64,000 nt of DNA from Bryobacterales bacterium (GCA_963422375.2 OY729428.2:1568001-1632000), one strand, 5' to 3'; shown: positions 50,565-60,996, counted from the stretch's first letter. Numbers and translations: made by a program. Notes: generated by a model from the letters alone, not told the origin.

Positions 50565-50924
50565 ATGCCGGTCGGAATCATAGCGCCGCGGCTCGGCTGC
50601 CTGGTCCTGGCGCTCGGGGCGTCGTTCGCGCTATTCGTTCGCTTCTGCGACTTGGTCTTCGACTGCGGCTGCCGCGGTCTTTTCGCGGGCTCGGCCGCGG
50701 CCTGCAACATCCACCACGCAGCGGCTCCCCACTGCCCCTGGTGCGTCGAGGACGGCGTCCACGGGCAGTGGGCGTTCGCGCTGATCATCGTGGCCCAGGT
50801 GGCGACTTGTTTGTGGCCCGGACGGGTCGGACCGCTGCGAGCGCTCCTGGCGGTGCTGGCGTTCCCTGCGGTCGGCGCCGCCGGGGGACTGGCCGCGGGA
50901 ATCCTGACGGGCTACTGGGACTGA
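50565..50924 (+). CDS. Small Cys/His-rich membrane protein of unknown function
   Basis: Three hydrophobic segments and FCDLVFDCGC...CNIHH...HCPWC. Confidence 0.7.
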   Translation: MPVGIIAPRLGCLVLALGASFALFVRFCDLVFDCGCRGLFAGSAAACNIHHAAAPHCPWCVEDGVHGQWAFALIIVAQVATCLWPGRVGPLRALLAVLAFPAVGAAGGLAAGILTGYWD

Positions 50925-50945
50925 GCCTGACGCCGGTGCGCGGCG

Positions 50946-52255
50946 CTAGATCCGTTCCGGCACGACGTAGGGCGCCCGGTAGCGCCGCGTCAAGAGGTCG
51001 CCGGCCGATCCGTTGCCGACGAAAAGCCCCGTTTCCTGATCGACATGGAGCTGCTGCTGGCAGCGGTAGCCTATGTTCGCTAGGTGGCACAGCTCCGCTG
51101 CGGCCGCGCCGATCTGAATGTCCGCGTTCAGCGCGTGGTGGTTGCGCGACCGCACCGCCTCGATGAAGTTCGCCATGTGAGGTGCCGGGTCCCACACTCG
51201 CTCCTCGTGGCGGGTCTCGTCGCGTGTCTTTTCGCGCTGGTCCCCCGAGTAGACTTGGAACCCCAGCGGATCGACCACCATGTACCCGTGGTCGCCGAAG
51301 AATATGTTCCCCGTGTAGCTGCTGCCCCGCAGGGGCGCGCCGCCTTCGTTCGGACTGGACAGGTTGCGCACCTCGAAGACGATTTCCGAGCGCTCGAAGA
51401 CGAAGTGGGCCTGCTGCGTGTTGGGAGTTTCCTGGTCGTCGTCCCACACGAACTTCCCCCCGCTCGATGAGACCGAGCGGGGCCCGCCGTACTCTTCCAG
51501 GCCCCAGCGGCAGATGTCCATCTCGTGGACACCCTGGTTGCCGATGTCGCCATTGCCGGTGTCCCAGAACCAGTGCCAGTTGTAGGCGAAGCGGTTCCGC
51601 GTGTAGGGTCGCATCGGGGCCGGCCCTAGGAAGAGGTCCCAGTCAAGGCCGGGAGGGACGGGCTCCTCGGGAGTGCGGCCGATCGAGTTGCGACGGCGGA
51701 AGCAGAGGCCCCGGGCCATGTATACCGAGCCGATCACGCCTTCTGCGAGCATTTGCATGGCGCGGCGCTTGTGCCCGATGGACCGGCTCTGCGACCCGAC
51801 CTGGACCATCCGGCGGTACTTGCGGGCCGCCCGGACCATCTGCCGGCCTCGAATGCGTTGTGACTGGCGGGCTTCTCGACGTACACGTCCTTGCCCGCCT
51901 GGCAGGCCCAGATCGTCGCGAGGGCGTGCCAATGGTTCGGCGTGGCGACCGAGACGGCCTGCACGTCCGGGTCGTCGAAGAGCGCCCGCATGTCGGAGTA
52001 CTCCTTCGGCGCGAGGCCTTGGGCCTTGCGGACGATCGCGGACGCGCGTTCCCGGGCCTCTTGGTTCACGTCGCAGACCGCGGAGACGCGCGTTCCCGGG
52101 ACGTCGGAAAAAAACTGCAGGTGCTGGCGTCCTCGGCCGCCCGTGCCAATCACGGCTAGATCGACGGTGTCGCTGGCCCCGAGCACGGGAAAGGCTCTCG
52201 TCGCCGCCGCGGCGGCCGCGCCGTGCAGAACCTGCCTCCGACCCGGTTGTAGCAT
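50946..52255 (-). pseudogene. Gfo/Idh/MocA oxidoreductase with a 1-bp frameshift (real or sequencing error)
   Basis: The N-half (GRRQVL, IGTGGRG, ATPNHWH, VEKPASHNAFE) and C-half (GRQMVRAARK, QVGSQ, WHWFWDTGNGDIGNQGVH) are in different frames. Adding one G at ~51847 restores GAG GGC CGG CAG ATG. Confidence 0.88.
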
Positions 52256-52310
52256 GGCGAACAGACTACTACAGCGGGCTGCCTGGACGCCCTGTGCTAA
52301 TTTCGTTGGC

Positions 52311-53798
52311 TTGCGGTGGGCTCGTTTCGCGTTGGCATGGGGTTCCGCGCTCGGTTTCGCCTCCTCGAGTCCCTTGCCCGCGGATCTCGCCCGCCTCGCG
52401 CTGGAGGTCCGGTCTTCGGGCCCTATCGAAGCCGACCTGCGGACCCTCTGCGACGGGATTGGCGCTCGGATGGCGGGCACCGACGGCATGCGGGAGGCCT
52501 TGGAGTGGGGGCGGCAGGCGTTCGCCGACGCGGCCCTGTCGGATGTGCGTCTCGAGGCAGTGCCCATGCCGCTGCTGTGGGAGGAAGGCGCGACCCGCCT
52601 CGAGGTCGTCGAGCCGGCGGGATTTCCGCTCCGCGCGGTGTCGTCGGCGCTCTCTCCTGCCGTGCTGCCCGCGATGGAAGCCGATCTGGCGGACGGCGGC
52701 AAGGGCAGGCCGGGGTTCATCGCGCGCTCCGCCGACCGGTACCGCGGCAAGGCCGTGCTGGTGCGTCTGGACGAGGCCGGGTCGTTCGACGAGCTCGCCG
52801 TCGAGCAGCGCGACGCCATGATCGCCCTGCGCGAGGCATCCGACGCCGGAGCACTCGCGGTGCTGTTCATTTCGACGCGCCCGAATCGCCTGATGTACCG
52901 GCATGTAAACAACGTCGCGGGCCGTTTGGACGGGATTCCCTCGGCACTCGTGGCGCGCGAGGACGGCCTGCGGCTGGCCAGGATGCTGCAGGGCGGCGCG
53001 AGGGTGAGGGTGAGCCTGCGCATGCCGAACCGAATCGGCGCTGCGTACGAGACGGCGAACGTAGTGGCCGACATTCCCGGCGAGGACTCACCGGGGGAGA
53101 TCGTGCTCCTCGGCGCCCACCTCGACTCCTGGGACATGGGTACTGGCTGCCTCGACAACGCCGCCCTCGTAGTGCATGTGGCCCGCGCGATCCGGTCTGC
53201 CGGGCTGCGGCCGCGGCGGACGCTGCGCTTCGTGTTGTTCGGAGGCGAGGAGCTCGGCTTGTTCGGCTCGCGGGCGTACGCGGACCGCCACCGCCCGGAA
53301 CTCGACCAGCACGTCGCGAGCCTGGTCCATGACATGGGGAACGGCCCGCTGGCGGGCTACTCGGTTGGCGGTCGCGACGAGCTGGTCCCCGCGCTGGACC
53401 GCATTCTGTCGCCGCTGCCCGGTCGCGACCGGCTCAAACTCACCGAGGAGGCCTATTTCCTCAGCGACAACTTGACCTTTGCGCTCGAAGGCGTGCCCTC
53501 GCTTTTCGCGGTGCAGGATACATCGGGATTCTTCCTGACGTATCACTCGGAGGCCGACACGTTCGACAAGGTGCGCGTTGGCGAGGCGGTGGAGGCGGCC
53601 GCCGCGGCCGCCGCGACGGTGCTGGGGATCGCCAACGCTTCCGAGCGCTTCGGACGGAGGCTGGCTGCGCAGGAGGTCCTTGCGTGGATCCAGCGCATCG
53701 GTCTCTCCCGGCACCTGCGGTTCCTCGGGGTCTGGGACGCGTGGCGCCCTCCCGGCGTCGATCCCGGTCTCGGCGCCGGGGGCGACGTGCGAGACTGA
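52311..53798 (+). CDS. M28 family peptidase (carboxypeptidase Q-like, PA domain)
   Basis: LCDGIGARMAG, GAHLDSWD.GTGCLDN, GEELGLFGS and YHSEADTFDKV. Start uncertain (ATG 52254 or TTG 52311). Confidence 0.88.
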   Translation: MRWARFALAWGSALGFASSSPLPADLARLALEVRSSGPIEADLRTLCDGIGARMAGTDGMREALEWGRQAFADAALSDVRLEAVPMPLLWEEGATRLEVVEPAGFPLRAVSSALSPAVLPAMEADLADGGKGRPGFIARSADRYRGKAVLVRLDEAGSFDELAVEQRDAMIALREASDAGALAVLFISTRPNRLMYRHVNNVAGRLDGIPSALVAREDGLRLARMLQGGARVRVSLRMPNRIGAAYETANVVADIPGEDSPGEIVLLGAHLDSWDMGTGCLDNAALVVHVARAIRSAGLRPRRTLRFVLFGGEELGLFGSRAYADRHRPELDQHVASLVHDMGNGPLAGYSVGGRDELVPALDRILSPLPGRDRLKLTEEAYFLSDNLTFALEGVPSLFAVQDTSGFFLTYHSEADTFDKVRVGEAVEAAAAAAATVLGIANASERFGRRLAAQEVLAWIQRIGLSRHLRFLGVWDAWRPPGVDPGLGAGGDVRD

Positions 53799-53814
53799 GC
53801 GGCCCTGTCCGGCA

Positions 53815-55467
53815 ATGCCGTTCCCACTGCCGCCACAGCACGGCCTAGCCCGGCCGGGGGCGGATGAGCGGGCGCGCCGCGCCGCCTACATGCGCCGACT
53901 CGCGGACGAGATCGACGGCCTCGAGCGGACCGCCAGGATGGGCGGCGGGCGGCGGGCCGTCGAGCGCCAGCGAGCCAGGGGCAAGATGCTCGCTCGCGAG
54001 CGGGTGGCCGCCCTGCTAGACGAGGACGCGGAATTCGTCGAGCTCGGACTGCTCGTCGCCAGCGACTCCTACGACGGAACCGCGCCCGCCGCCGGCGTCG
54101 TCACCGGCATCGGCACGGTCGGCGGACGCCCGGTCGCGGTCATGGCGAACGACGCAACCGTGAAGGCCGGCAGCTGGTTTCCGGAGACGGTAGGCAAGAT
54201 CCTCCGCATCCAGGAAGCTGCCATGCGCTGTCGCATTCCGATCGCGTACCTAGTGGACTCCGCCGGAATCTTCCTGCCGATGCAGGACCGCACGTTTCCC
54301 GGAAAGCACGGGGGCGCGCGCATCTTCCGCAACTGCGCGCACATGCGACAGCGGGACGGGCTTCCCCAGTTCGCGGCCGTCATGGGCCCGTGCATCGCCG
54401 GCGGGGCGTACCTGCCCGCACTCAGCGACGTGATCCTGATGGTCGAAGGAAGCAGCTTCATGGGCCTTGGGGGACCGAGCCTCGTCAAGGGGGCGATCGG
54501 CCAGGCCGTGGCGGCCGAGGATCTGGGAGGAGCCGCCCTTCACACTGCTCGCAGCGGCGTGGCGCACTATCGCGCCCCGAGCGACGCCGCTTGCATCGAG
54601 CTTCTGCGCGAGCTGCTGCTGGACTTGCCGCGGCGAGACGGGCCGAGGCGTGCGGCGACGGCAGCGGACTCGGATTTGTGCCTCGACGAGATCCTGCCCG
54701 CCGACCGTCGACTCCCCTATGACCTTCACGAGGTGGTGCGCGTCATCGTCGACCGCGATGGGTGCGTGGAGTTCATGGCCGACTACGCGCCCGAGCTGCT
54801 CTGTGCCAACGCGCGCGTCCAAGGCTGGCCGGTCGGGCTGATCGGCAATCGGCGCGGCCTGTTCCGATGCGAGGGCGGGACGCGCATCGGCGCGATCCTG
54901 TACGCGGAGACCGCGCGCAAGGCCGCGGAATTCGTGCGCAAGTGCGACCGGCAGGGGCACCCTCTGCTGTACTTGCAGGACGTGACGGGGTTCATGGTGG
55001 GCCCGGATGCCGAGCGCAGCGGCATTATCCGGGCCGGCGCGGACATGATCGAAGCGATGGCCGTCGCGCGGGTAGCACGGATCGTTGTCACCCTGCGCCA
55101 CGCCAGCGGAGCAGGCTACTACGCCATGGCGGGCCAGGGCTTCGACCCGGACTTCATTTTCAGCTGGCCGTCGGCCCGGGTCGGCGTCATGGAGGGGGAC
55201 TCGGCCGTGCAGGCCCTGTACGGCTCGTCGCTGGATGAGGCGGCCGCTGCCGAAGGCGGCGTGCCGCCGGAGCTGCGCAGGGAAATCGAGCGGACGCGCC
55301 TCGAATACGAGCGGATGCTAGATGCGAAATGGTGCGCCGCGCGGGGTCATGTCGACGCGATCATCCTCCCGCGGAGGACCAGGGCGGTGGTCGCCGCCTG
55401 CTTGGCAGCCGCTCATGCCAGCGGGTACGTGCGCTCCAGCCGGGCCGACGATGCCATGAGACGCTAG
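53815..55467 (+). CDS. Acyl-CoA carboxylase carboxyltransferase (beta) subunit
   Basis: GKMLARERV, ANDATVKAG, LVDSAG, GPCIAGGAY, LQDVTGFMVG and ASGAGYYAM. Confidence 0.92.
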   Translation: MPFPLPPQHGLARPGADERARRAAYMRRLADEIDGLERTARMGGGRRAVERQRARGKMLARERVAALLDEDAEFVELGLLVASDSYDGTAPAAGVVTGIGTVGGRPVAVMANDATVKAGSWFPETVGKILRIQEAAMRCRIPIAYLVDSAGIFLPMQDRTFPGKHGGARIFRNCAHMRQRDGLPQFAAVMGPCIAGGAYLPALSDVILMVEGSSFMGLGGPSLVKGAIGQAVAAEDLGGAALHTARSGVAHYRAPSDAACIELLRELLLDLPRRDGPRRAATAADSDLCLDEILPADRRLPYDLHEVVRVIVDRDGCVEFMADYAPELLCANARVQGWPVGLIGNRRGLFRCEGGTRIGAILYAETARKAAEFVRKCDRQGHPLLYLQDVTGFMVGPDAERSGIIRAGADMIEAMAVARVARIVVTLRHASGAGYYAMAGQGFDPDFIFSWPSARVGVMEGDSAVQALYGSSLDEAAAAEGGVPPELRREIERTRLEYERMLDAKWCAARGHVDAIILPRRTRAVVAACLAAAHASGYVRSSRADDAMRR

Positions 55468-55514
55468 GGTGGCGACGAGTCGTCCCCCGATTCCCGTGCG
55501 AGAATAGCGCAGAA

Positions 55515-58500
55515 GTGGCAATTTCAGCGACTCCCTGCGGCCTCGCGCGGCTGGCGGGGGTTTCTTGGGCAACTGTTGCGGTGCTGGCCGCCGCGACCGC
55601 GGTTGATCGTCGGGTCGCATGCGTGGCACCGCCCACGGAGCGGGAAGCGATTTTCCTGCACCAGCAGCGCATGCTGCGCGAACCAGCTCTGGCCGCGCGC
55701 GGAGAAACGCTACCCCGATCTCCGCTGCCGTCCCCACGGGAGGAATCCGGAATCGCGCTAATCAAGGCCGGTCCGGCGGTCATGGCTCCGCCGAACGAGT
55801 TCGATTTGTCGGGGATGCGGATCTCTATCGCGAGCGGACCGGCTGGCTTGACCGTTAGCTCGACTCTCGTCGGGACAACAGCCGAGCTTCCGGAGGTCGG
55901 GATACCGCTGACACTGGAAGACGACGACTACGCTGTAATCGAACTGCCCTTCTCGTTTCCCTACTACGGGCAGGGCTACACCAGAGCCTTCGTACATTCC
56001 GACGGCAATATCAGCTTCCGGTATCCCGAGAAGACGTCGACCCCCCGCAGTTTCTCGCGGGCCGCCGGCGGACCTCCTCGAATCGCTCCCCTGTTCTCCG
56101 ACTTGGATCCGAGCAAGGGCGGCAGCGTGCGGGTCGCTTCGCAGGGGGACCGGGTGCTCGTGACCTGGGATGGGGTGCCTGAATTTGTCGAGAACGGCGT
56201 CGGAGATCCCCAGACCTTCCTCGCTGTCCTGCGGGCCGACGGCACCATCGACTTCCAATACTCCAACGTGAACCACCGGGCCGCTGTTGTTGGCATATTT
56301 GCGGGTGTCGCCGAGCGAGACGCCCGGCCCGTGGACTGGAGCGAGACGGCCTCGATGGCCGTCGATGGCGCCCCCATCCTAGCCGAGGTCTTCACGGACG
56401 ATGTCTCGCTGGACGAGTACGGCGTGGTCCAGGAGTTCTTCCGGGCGCACGAGGACGCCTACGACACGCTGATCGTGTTCAACGACCTCGATCTCAATGC
56501 CAGCGAATTCTCGCTCGCGCACGCGTTTCCCATCCGCAATCAGGTCATGGGAATCGGGGAGTACAGTCGCGAATTCGGCCACTGGTTCGGCTCCCGCCGG
56601 CGCCTCTCCGCCTTCGTCAACATGGGCTCGGTCGAAGACTACCCAGTCAACCCGCTCGCGCCGATTCCAGGCCTGCGGCACGCATCGCTGCTCACGATTC
56701 TCGCGCACGAGGTCGGCCATCGATTCCTAGCCTACCCGTCATGGAAGGACCCGGAGACCGGGGAGCGATCGCGTTCCCTGTTGGGCCGCCAGTTGTCGCA
56801 TTGGAGCTTCTTCTTCAATTCGCAGGCGTCCGTGCTCGAGGGCAACCTGATCCGCGATCACGGCCCCGACGCGCGACCGCGGTTCGAGACCGTCGCCGCG
56901 ACGCAGTCCTACAGCCCGCTAGACCAGTACCTGATGGGACTGCGCGACCCTAGTGAGGTTCCACCGACATTCTTGGTAGAGAGCCCCGCGGGCGCGCACC
57001 GGCTGGGCTCGGCCGATCGTTCCCCTCAAGTCGGCGTCCGGTTCGACGGCGTTCGCAAGGAGGTCCGGGTGGAGGACATCATCGCCGTCGAGGGACCACG
57101 GCGGCCCGACTCATCGGTCTCGCAGCGCCACTTCCGCCAGTGCTTCGCTGTGGTGGTTCGCGACGCCGCCGGCCCGAGGAGGTCGGTGATACGGAAGATC
57201 GAGCGCTTGCGCGCCAACTGGCGGCACTTCTTCGCGGCGCAGCTCGGATCTCGGGCCACCGTGGTCACGGATCTGACCCGGATGCTGGACCTGTCGACGT
57301 GGCCGGCAGGGGGAGTGGTTCTCGGCACCGCCGGCACGGCGCAGGTCGTCATCTCGGAACCGCTGGACACGGACCTGCTCGTCTGGCTGTGGCAGGACGA
57401 GCCGATCGCTACGGTCCCGGCCTCGGTGACCATCCCGGCCGGCGAGGATCGCGTGGAGTTCGAGATTCTCGGCCTGGAGGCGGGCACGACGACACTCGAG
57501 GCGAAGGCCAGCGAGCCGGGATTCGATCACGCCGTGACCCGCCTCAACGTGAAGGAGGGCCTGGCTGGACTGGAGGTTGTCCCGATCCATCCAGAAGACC
57601 TGCATGGCGTCGCAGGCGTCCCGCTGCCGCACGCGCTGGCCTTTCAGGTGCGCGACTACAATCTCGTGCCCTACAGCGGCATCGAGATGGGCTTCAGGGC
57701 GGGCGGCGCGGGCGAGGTGACGGTCGCGACTTCCACGACCGACGCGTGGGGCATTGCGACAACGGGCTGGACGCTGGGTCCCGAGCACGGCCAGCAGATT
57801 CTCGTCGCGAGCATCAAGGGCGTTGCGCTCTCCTCCCAGACGGCCGCGTTCGCGTCGCCCAGCGTGCCCCGTATCGCGCCTCCTATCGCCGTCAATGCGG
57901 CCAGCGGGGAAGCGCCGATGCCGGGCGCGGGACTCGCGCCGGGCAGCTTGGTGACAATCCGTGGCGTCGGGCTAGCCTCGGAGTCTGCAGAGGCGGACAC
58001 CGACCTAGTGTTCGAGAATCCGGCGCTGCCCTTCGAGCTCGCCGGAACGGGAGTTCACGTGGCCGCGGTAAAGGCCCCCTTGGTTCGCGTGTCGCCGGCG
58101 GAGGTTACCTTCCAGGTCCCGTTCGGCGTCGTCGGGCCGTGGGCGGACGCACTTGTCTCGACGCCCTACGGACGCAGCCAAGCGGTCAAGATCCCAATCA
58201 GCCCGACCCAGCCGGGGCTGTTTCCGGGCAGAGTGCTTTCCGGCAATCTCGTTCCGGGAATCAAGGCCCCGGACACTTCTCGCGTGATGCCCGCCTCACT
58301 GCCCCGAGCGGGCGGTCCGTTGGAAGTGTTTGGTACCGGCTTCGGAGCAGTCACGCCGGCCGGAAGATCCGGGTTGCCCGGGCTGGAGGAGCCGAAGCAG
58401 CGGGTGATCGCCGAGACCAGGGCGTGGATTGACGGGCGCGAGGTCGAGGTCGTCGCGAGCGAGCTCGCTCAGTGGGAGGCCGGCGTCTACAAGGTCGTCC

Positions 58501-58595
58501 TGACCGCTCCGGCCGACCTCGATCCCGGCCGTCACCGGGTCGTCCTCTCGGTCGGAGCGGTCGAGAGCAACGAGGTGGAGTTCCAGTCCGAGTAA
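55515..58595 (+). CDS. Large secreted protein: nidogen-like region, HExxH metallopeptidase, Ig-like domain and Solibacter-type (TIGR03437-like) C-terminal domain
   Basis: LPFSFPYYG, IAPLFSDLDP, LAHEVGHRF, YSPLDQYLMG and VNAAS...LAPGSLVTIRG.GL...QVPF...VFGTGFG...GVYKV. Start uncertain. Confidence 0.8.
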   Translation: MAISATPCGLARLAGVSWATVAVLAAATAVDRRVACVAPPTEREAIFLHQQRMLREPALAARGETLPRSPLPSPREESGIALIKAGPAVMAPPNEFDLSGMRISIASGPAGLTVSSTLVGTTAELPEVGIPLTLEDDDYAVIELPFSFPYYGQGYTRAFVHSDGNISFRYPEKTSTPRSFSRAAGGPPRIAPLFSDLDPSKGGSVRVASQGDRVLVTWDGVPEFVENGVGDPQTFLAVLRADGTIDFQYSNVNHRAAVVGIFAGVAERDARPVDWSETASMAVDGAPILAEVFTDDVSLDEYGVVQEFFRAHEDAYDTLIVFNDLDLNASEFSLAHAFPIRNQVMGIGEYSREFGHWFGSRRRLSAFVNMGSVEDYPVNPLAPIPGLRHASLLTILAHEVGHRFLAYPSWKDPETGERSRSLLGRQLSHWSFFFNSQASVLEGNLIRDHGPDARPRFETVAATQSYSPLDQYLMGLRDPSEVPPTFLVESPAGAHRLGSADRSPQVGVRFDGVRKEVRVEDIIAVEGPRRPDSSVSQRHFRQCFAVVVRDAAGPRRSVIRKIERLRANWRHFFAAQLGSRATVVTDLTRMLDLSTWPAGGVVLGTAGTAQVVISEPLDTDLLVWLWQDEPIATVPASVTIPAGEDRVEFEILGLEAGTTTLEAKASEPGFDHAVTRLNVKEGLAGLEVVPIHPEDLHGVAGVPLPHALAFQVRDYNLVPYSGIEMGFRAGGAGEVTVATSTTDAWGIATTGWTLGPEHGQQILVASIKGVALSSQTAAFASPSVPRIAPPIAVNAASGEAPMPGAGLAPGSLVTIRGVGLASESAEADTDLVFENPALPFELAGTGVHVAAVKAPLVRVSPAEVTFQVPFGVVGPWADALVSTPYGRSQAVKIPISPTQPGLFPGRVLSGNLVPGIKAPDTSRVMPASLPRAGGPLEVFGTGFGAVTPAGRSGLPGLEEPKQRVIAETRAWIDGREVEVVASELAQWEAGVYKVVLTAPADLDPGRHRVVLSVGAVESNEVEFQSE

Positions 58596-58649
58596 CGCTG
58601 ATCGAATTGCCGGCTCCTCGCGCGGCCGCCGGGCGATTACACTCGAGGG

Positions 58650-59336
58650 ATGGGCAACACGGCGCTTCGCTGGTGCCTATTGGGGCTCGTCGCCTCGGCC
58701 CTGATTCTCGGGCCGTTCGCGCTATTCGAGTCGACGCTGCGCGAGGCTGCGGAATTCCTGCTGCGGGCGGACGGGAGCCGCGAGGCCGCGGCCTTCTCGG
58801 TGGTGCTGCTGCTGGCCGCGGACGTGTTTCTGCCCGTGCCGTCGAGCTTGGTTGCGACGGCTTCGGGCCTGTTGCTGGGACTGGCGCGGGGTGCCGCGGT
58901 CACGTGGATCGGCATGCAGGCCGGGGCTCTGGCGGGCTACGCCTTCGGCCGGTCCGTCGGCCTGAGCGCGGCCGTGCGATTCGTCGGCCACGAGGCAGCC
59001 GCCCGGGCCTCCGTCTCCCACCGGCGCTGGGGGCGGTTCTCCCTGGTTGCCGCCCGGGCCGTGCCCGTGCTCGCGGAGGCGTCGGTCGTACTGGCCGGAG
59101 CCCTGCGCATGCCGGCGCGGACGTTCGCGCTCGCGACGGGGATCTCGAACGCCGTGATCGCCCTGGCCTACGCTGCCGTCGGGGCGTACGCACTCGAGAC
59201 GAACGCGTTCCTGCTCGCGTTCGGCGGCTCCATCGGGATTTCGGGCGTCCTGATGTCGGTCGGTCACGCGATCGCGCGGGCCCCGGGCGCCGCCGGAAGC
59301 GTCGCACGCGGGAAGGGGTCGGAGGGCCTGCGATGA
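58650..59336 (+). CDS. DedA/VTT (TVP38/TMEM64) family membrane protein
   Basis: ADVFLPVPSS, GYAFGR and ARAVPVLAE. Confidence 0.88.
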   Translation: MGNTALRWCLLGLVASALILGPFALFESTLREAAEFLLRADGSREAAAFSVVLLLAADVFLPVPSSLVATASGLLLGLARGAAVTWIGMQAGALAGYAFGRSVGLSAAVRFVGHEAAARASVSHRRWGRFSLVAARAVPVLAEASVVLAGALRMPARTFALATGISNAVIALAYAAVGAYALETNAFLLAFGGSIGISGVLMSVGHAIARAPGAAGSVARGKGSEGLR

Positions 59337-60136
59337 GCCAGCGACGTGCCGGGCGATCCGGGGTGCTCACGTTCACGACGGACTTCGGCACCCGCGACCA
59401 CTACGTCGGCGCCATGAAGGGAGTTGTGGCCGCCGTCGCTGCCGACGTGCGGGTTCTTGACATATGCCACGAGATTCCTAGTTTCGGCATAGCCGAAGGT
59501 GCCTACGCGATCGCGCAGGCCTACCCGTACTACCCGCGGGGCACGGTTCACGTGGTGGTGGTGGATCCCGGAGTCGGCTCGTCGCGGCACCCGCTGGCGG
59601 TGTCCGCCGAGGGCCACTTATTCGTCGCGCCCGACAACGGAGTCCTCTCGCAGGTGCTCGAGGGCGGGAGACGCTTCGAGGCGCGACGCATCGAACTGCG
59701 GCACGGCCTCGCATCGGTGAGCCGCACGTTTCATGGCAGGGACTTGTTCGCGCCGGCCGGAGCGCGCCTCGCCGCAGGCCTTGCGTTCGAGGACATCGGG
59801 CCCCCGATGTCCGATCCCCTCCTGCCGCCTCCCGGCGACGGGCGGCGGCCGGCCGGCCGCGTCCTGCACGTGGACCGGTTCGGGAACGTGGTGACGAGCT
59901 TCCGCCGGGCGGACCTTGCGACGGGGGCCTGCCTCGCAGTCGGAGGCAGGACCGTCTGCGAGCGCTTCGAAGCTTACGCGTCCGCTCGCGAGGGTGCGCT
60001 GTTCCTGATCGAAGGCAGCTCGGGCTATGTCGAAGTCTCGCTCAACCAAGGATCCGCCGCGAAGAAGCTCGCCGTCCGCACCGGCGCGGACGTGCGCCTA
60101 GTCGGCGGAGGCCGACGGGTCGGTTGCGAGGGCTAG
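59333..60136 (+). CDS. SAM hydrolase / chlorinase-fluorinase (DUF62) family protein
   Basis: TTDFG.RD.YVGAMKG, VVDPGVGSSR, APDNG, TFHGRDLFAP and VDRFGN; ATGA overlap with the previous gene. Confidence 0.92.
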   Translation: MSQRRAGRSGVLTFTTDFGTRDHYVGAMKGVVAAVAADVRVLDICHEIPSFGIAEGAYAIAQAYPYYPRGTVHVVVVDPGVGSSRHPLAVSAEGHLFVAPDNGVLSQVLEGGRRFEARRIELRHGLASVSRTFHGRDLFAPAGARLAAGLAFEDIGPPMSDPLLPPPGDGRRPAGRVLHVDRFGNVVTSFRRADLATGACLAVGGRTVCERFEAYASAREGALFLIEGSSGYVEVSLNQGSAAKKLAVRTGADVRLVGGGRRVGCEG

Positions 60137-60996
60137 TCGGCCAGAGAGGTCTTGTAGTGGCGTTCCCTGTTGCGCAGGTACTTGTAGGGGTTGACGTTGA
60201 TGCGTCGGAGATGCACCTCGTAATGGAGATGCTTGCCGGTAGTGCGCCCGGACCTGCCAACCAAGCCGATGACCTCGCCGCGCCGAACGGACTGGCCCGT
60301 GCGGACAAAGTATTCCTTCAAGTGCCCGTAGATCGTCTGGAACCCGCTGCGACCGTGCTGGACCTTCACGCAATGCCCGAGCGCTCCCTCCCATTCCGCG
60401 GACACGACGTGTCCGTCAGCGGTGGCCACCACTGGCGAGGCGTAAGGCGCACTGATGTCTATGCCCGGATGGAAGGCCCCCTTGCCGTCAAACGGGTCTT
60501 GGCGCCGGCCGTAGCTGCTCGTGATATGGCCCTTGACCGGCCACACCGACGGGGTGGTGTTCGCCAGAACCGAGCGCATCGCCGTGCCGGAGTCGGACAA
60601 TGCGTCCGTGAGCAGGTCGAACTGATTGATCGAGGAGTAGTAGGCGGGCTCCAAGTCCGTACCGTAAGCGACGTCCGCCGCCGGTCCGTCCCTGCGAATC
60701 CCGTAGGCGATTGAGACTTGGTAGGCCAGTTTGCTCAGCGACTGGAACTGCGTGTCCCGCTCCTCCGCCACGAGGGCCAGGCTCTCGTACTCCTCGCGCA
60801 GGGCGGTGTTCTCGGCCGCGAGCCGCTCGTTTTCGGATGCCTGGCCCAGGAGGCTCCTGCCCAATCCGACTGCCGTGATGCCGGCAACCACCACGAGGGC
60901 GGCCGCGATTTGCAGCTGCAGGGCCGATACGTTGAGGCGCAGGATTCGCCCGTGCATCGGATGCGCGAGGATGACTAGAAACAGCTTGGCTCCCAT
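60133..60996 (-). CDS. M23 family metallopeptidase
   Basis: TM plus coiled coil, WPVKG.ITS.YG.R, HPGID, YGHL and TGKHLHYEV. The start could be further upstream (up to 61140). Confidence 0.92.
   Translation of the reverse strand: MGAKLFLVILAHPMHGRILRLNVSALQLQIAAALVVVAGITAVGLGRSLLGQASENERLAAENTALREEYESLALVAEERDTQFQSLSKLAYQVSIAYGIRRDGPAADVAYGTDLEPAYYSSINQFDLLTDALSDSGTAMRSVLANTTPSVWPVKGHITSSYGRRQDPFDGKGAFHPGIDISAPYASPVVATADGHVVSAEWEGALGHCVKVQHGRSGFQTIYGHLKEYFVRTGQSVRRGEVIGLVGRSGRTTGKHLHYEVHLRRINVNPYKYLRNRERHYKTSLAD

Noticed and set aside
52253..52256. Overlapping divergent ATGs (CATG) for the oxidoreductase and the M28 peptidase
   Set aside because: It would leave no promoter or RBS space; a later peptidase start (e.g. 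TTG 52311) is more plausible and cannot be resolved from sequence alone.
59333..60136. Possible halogenase (fluorinase/chlorinase) biosynthetic locus
   Set aside because: There is no biosynthetic cluster context, and the motifs fit the widespread DUF62 SAM-hydrolase type.
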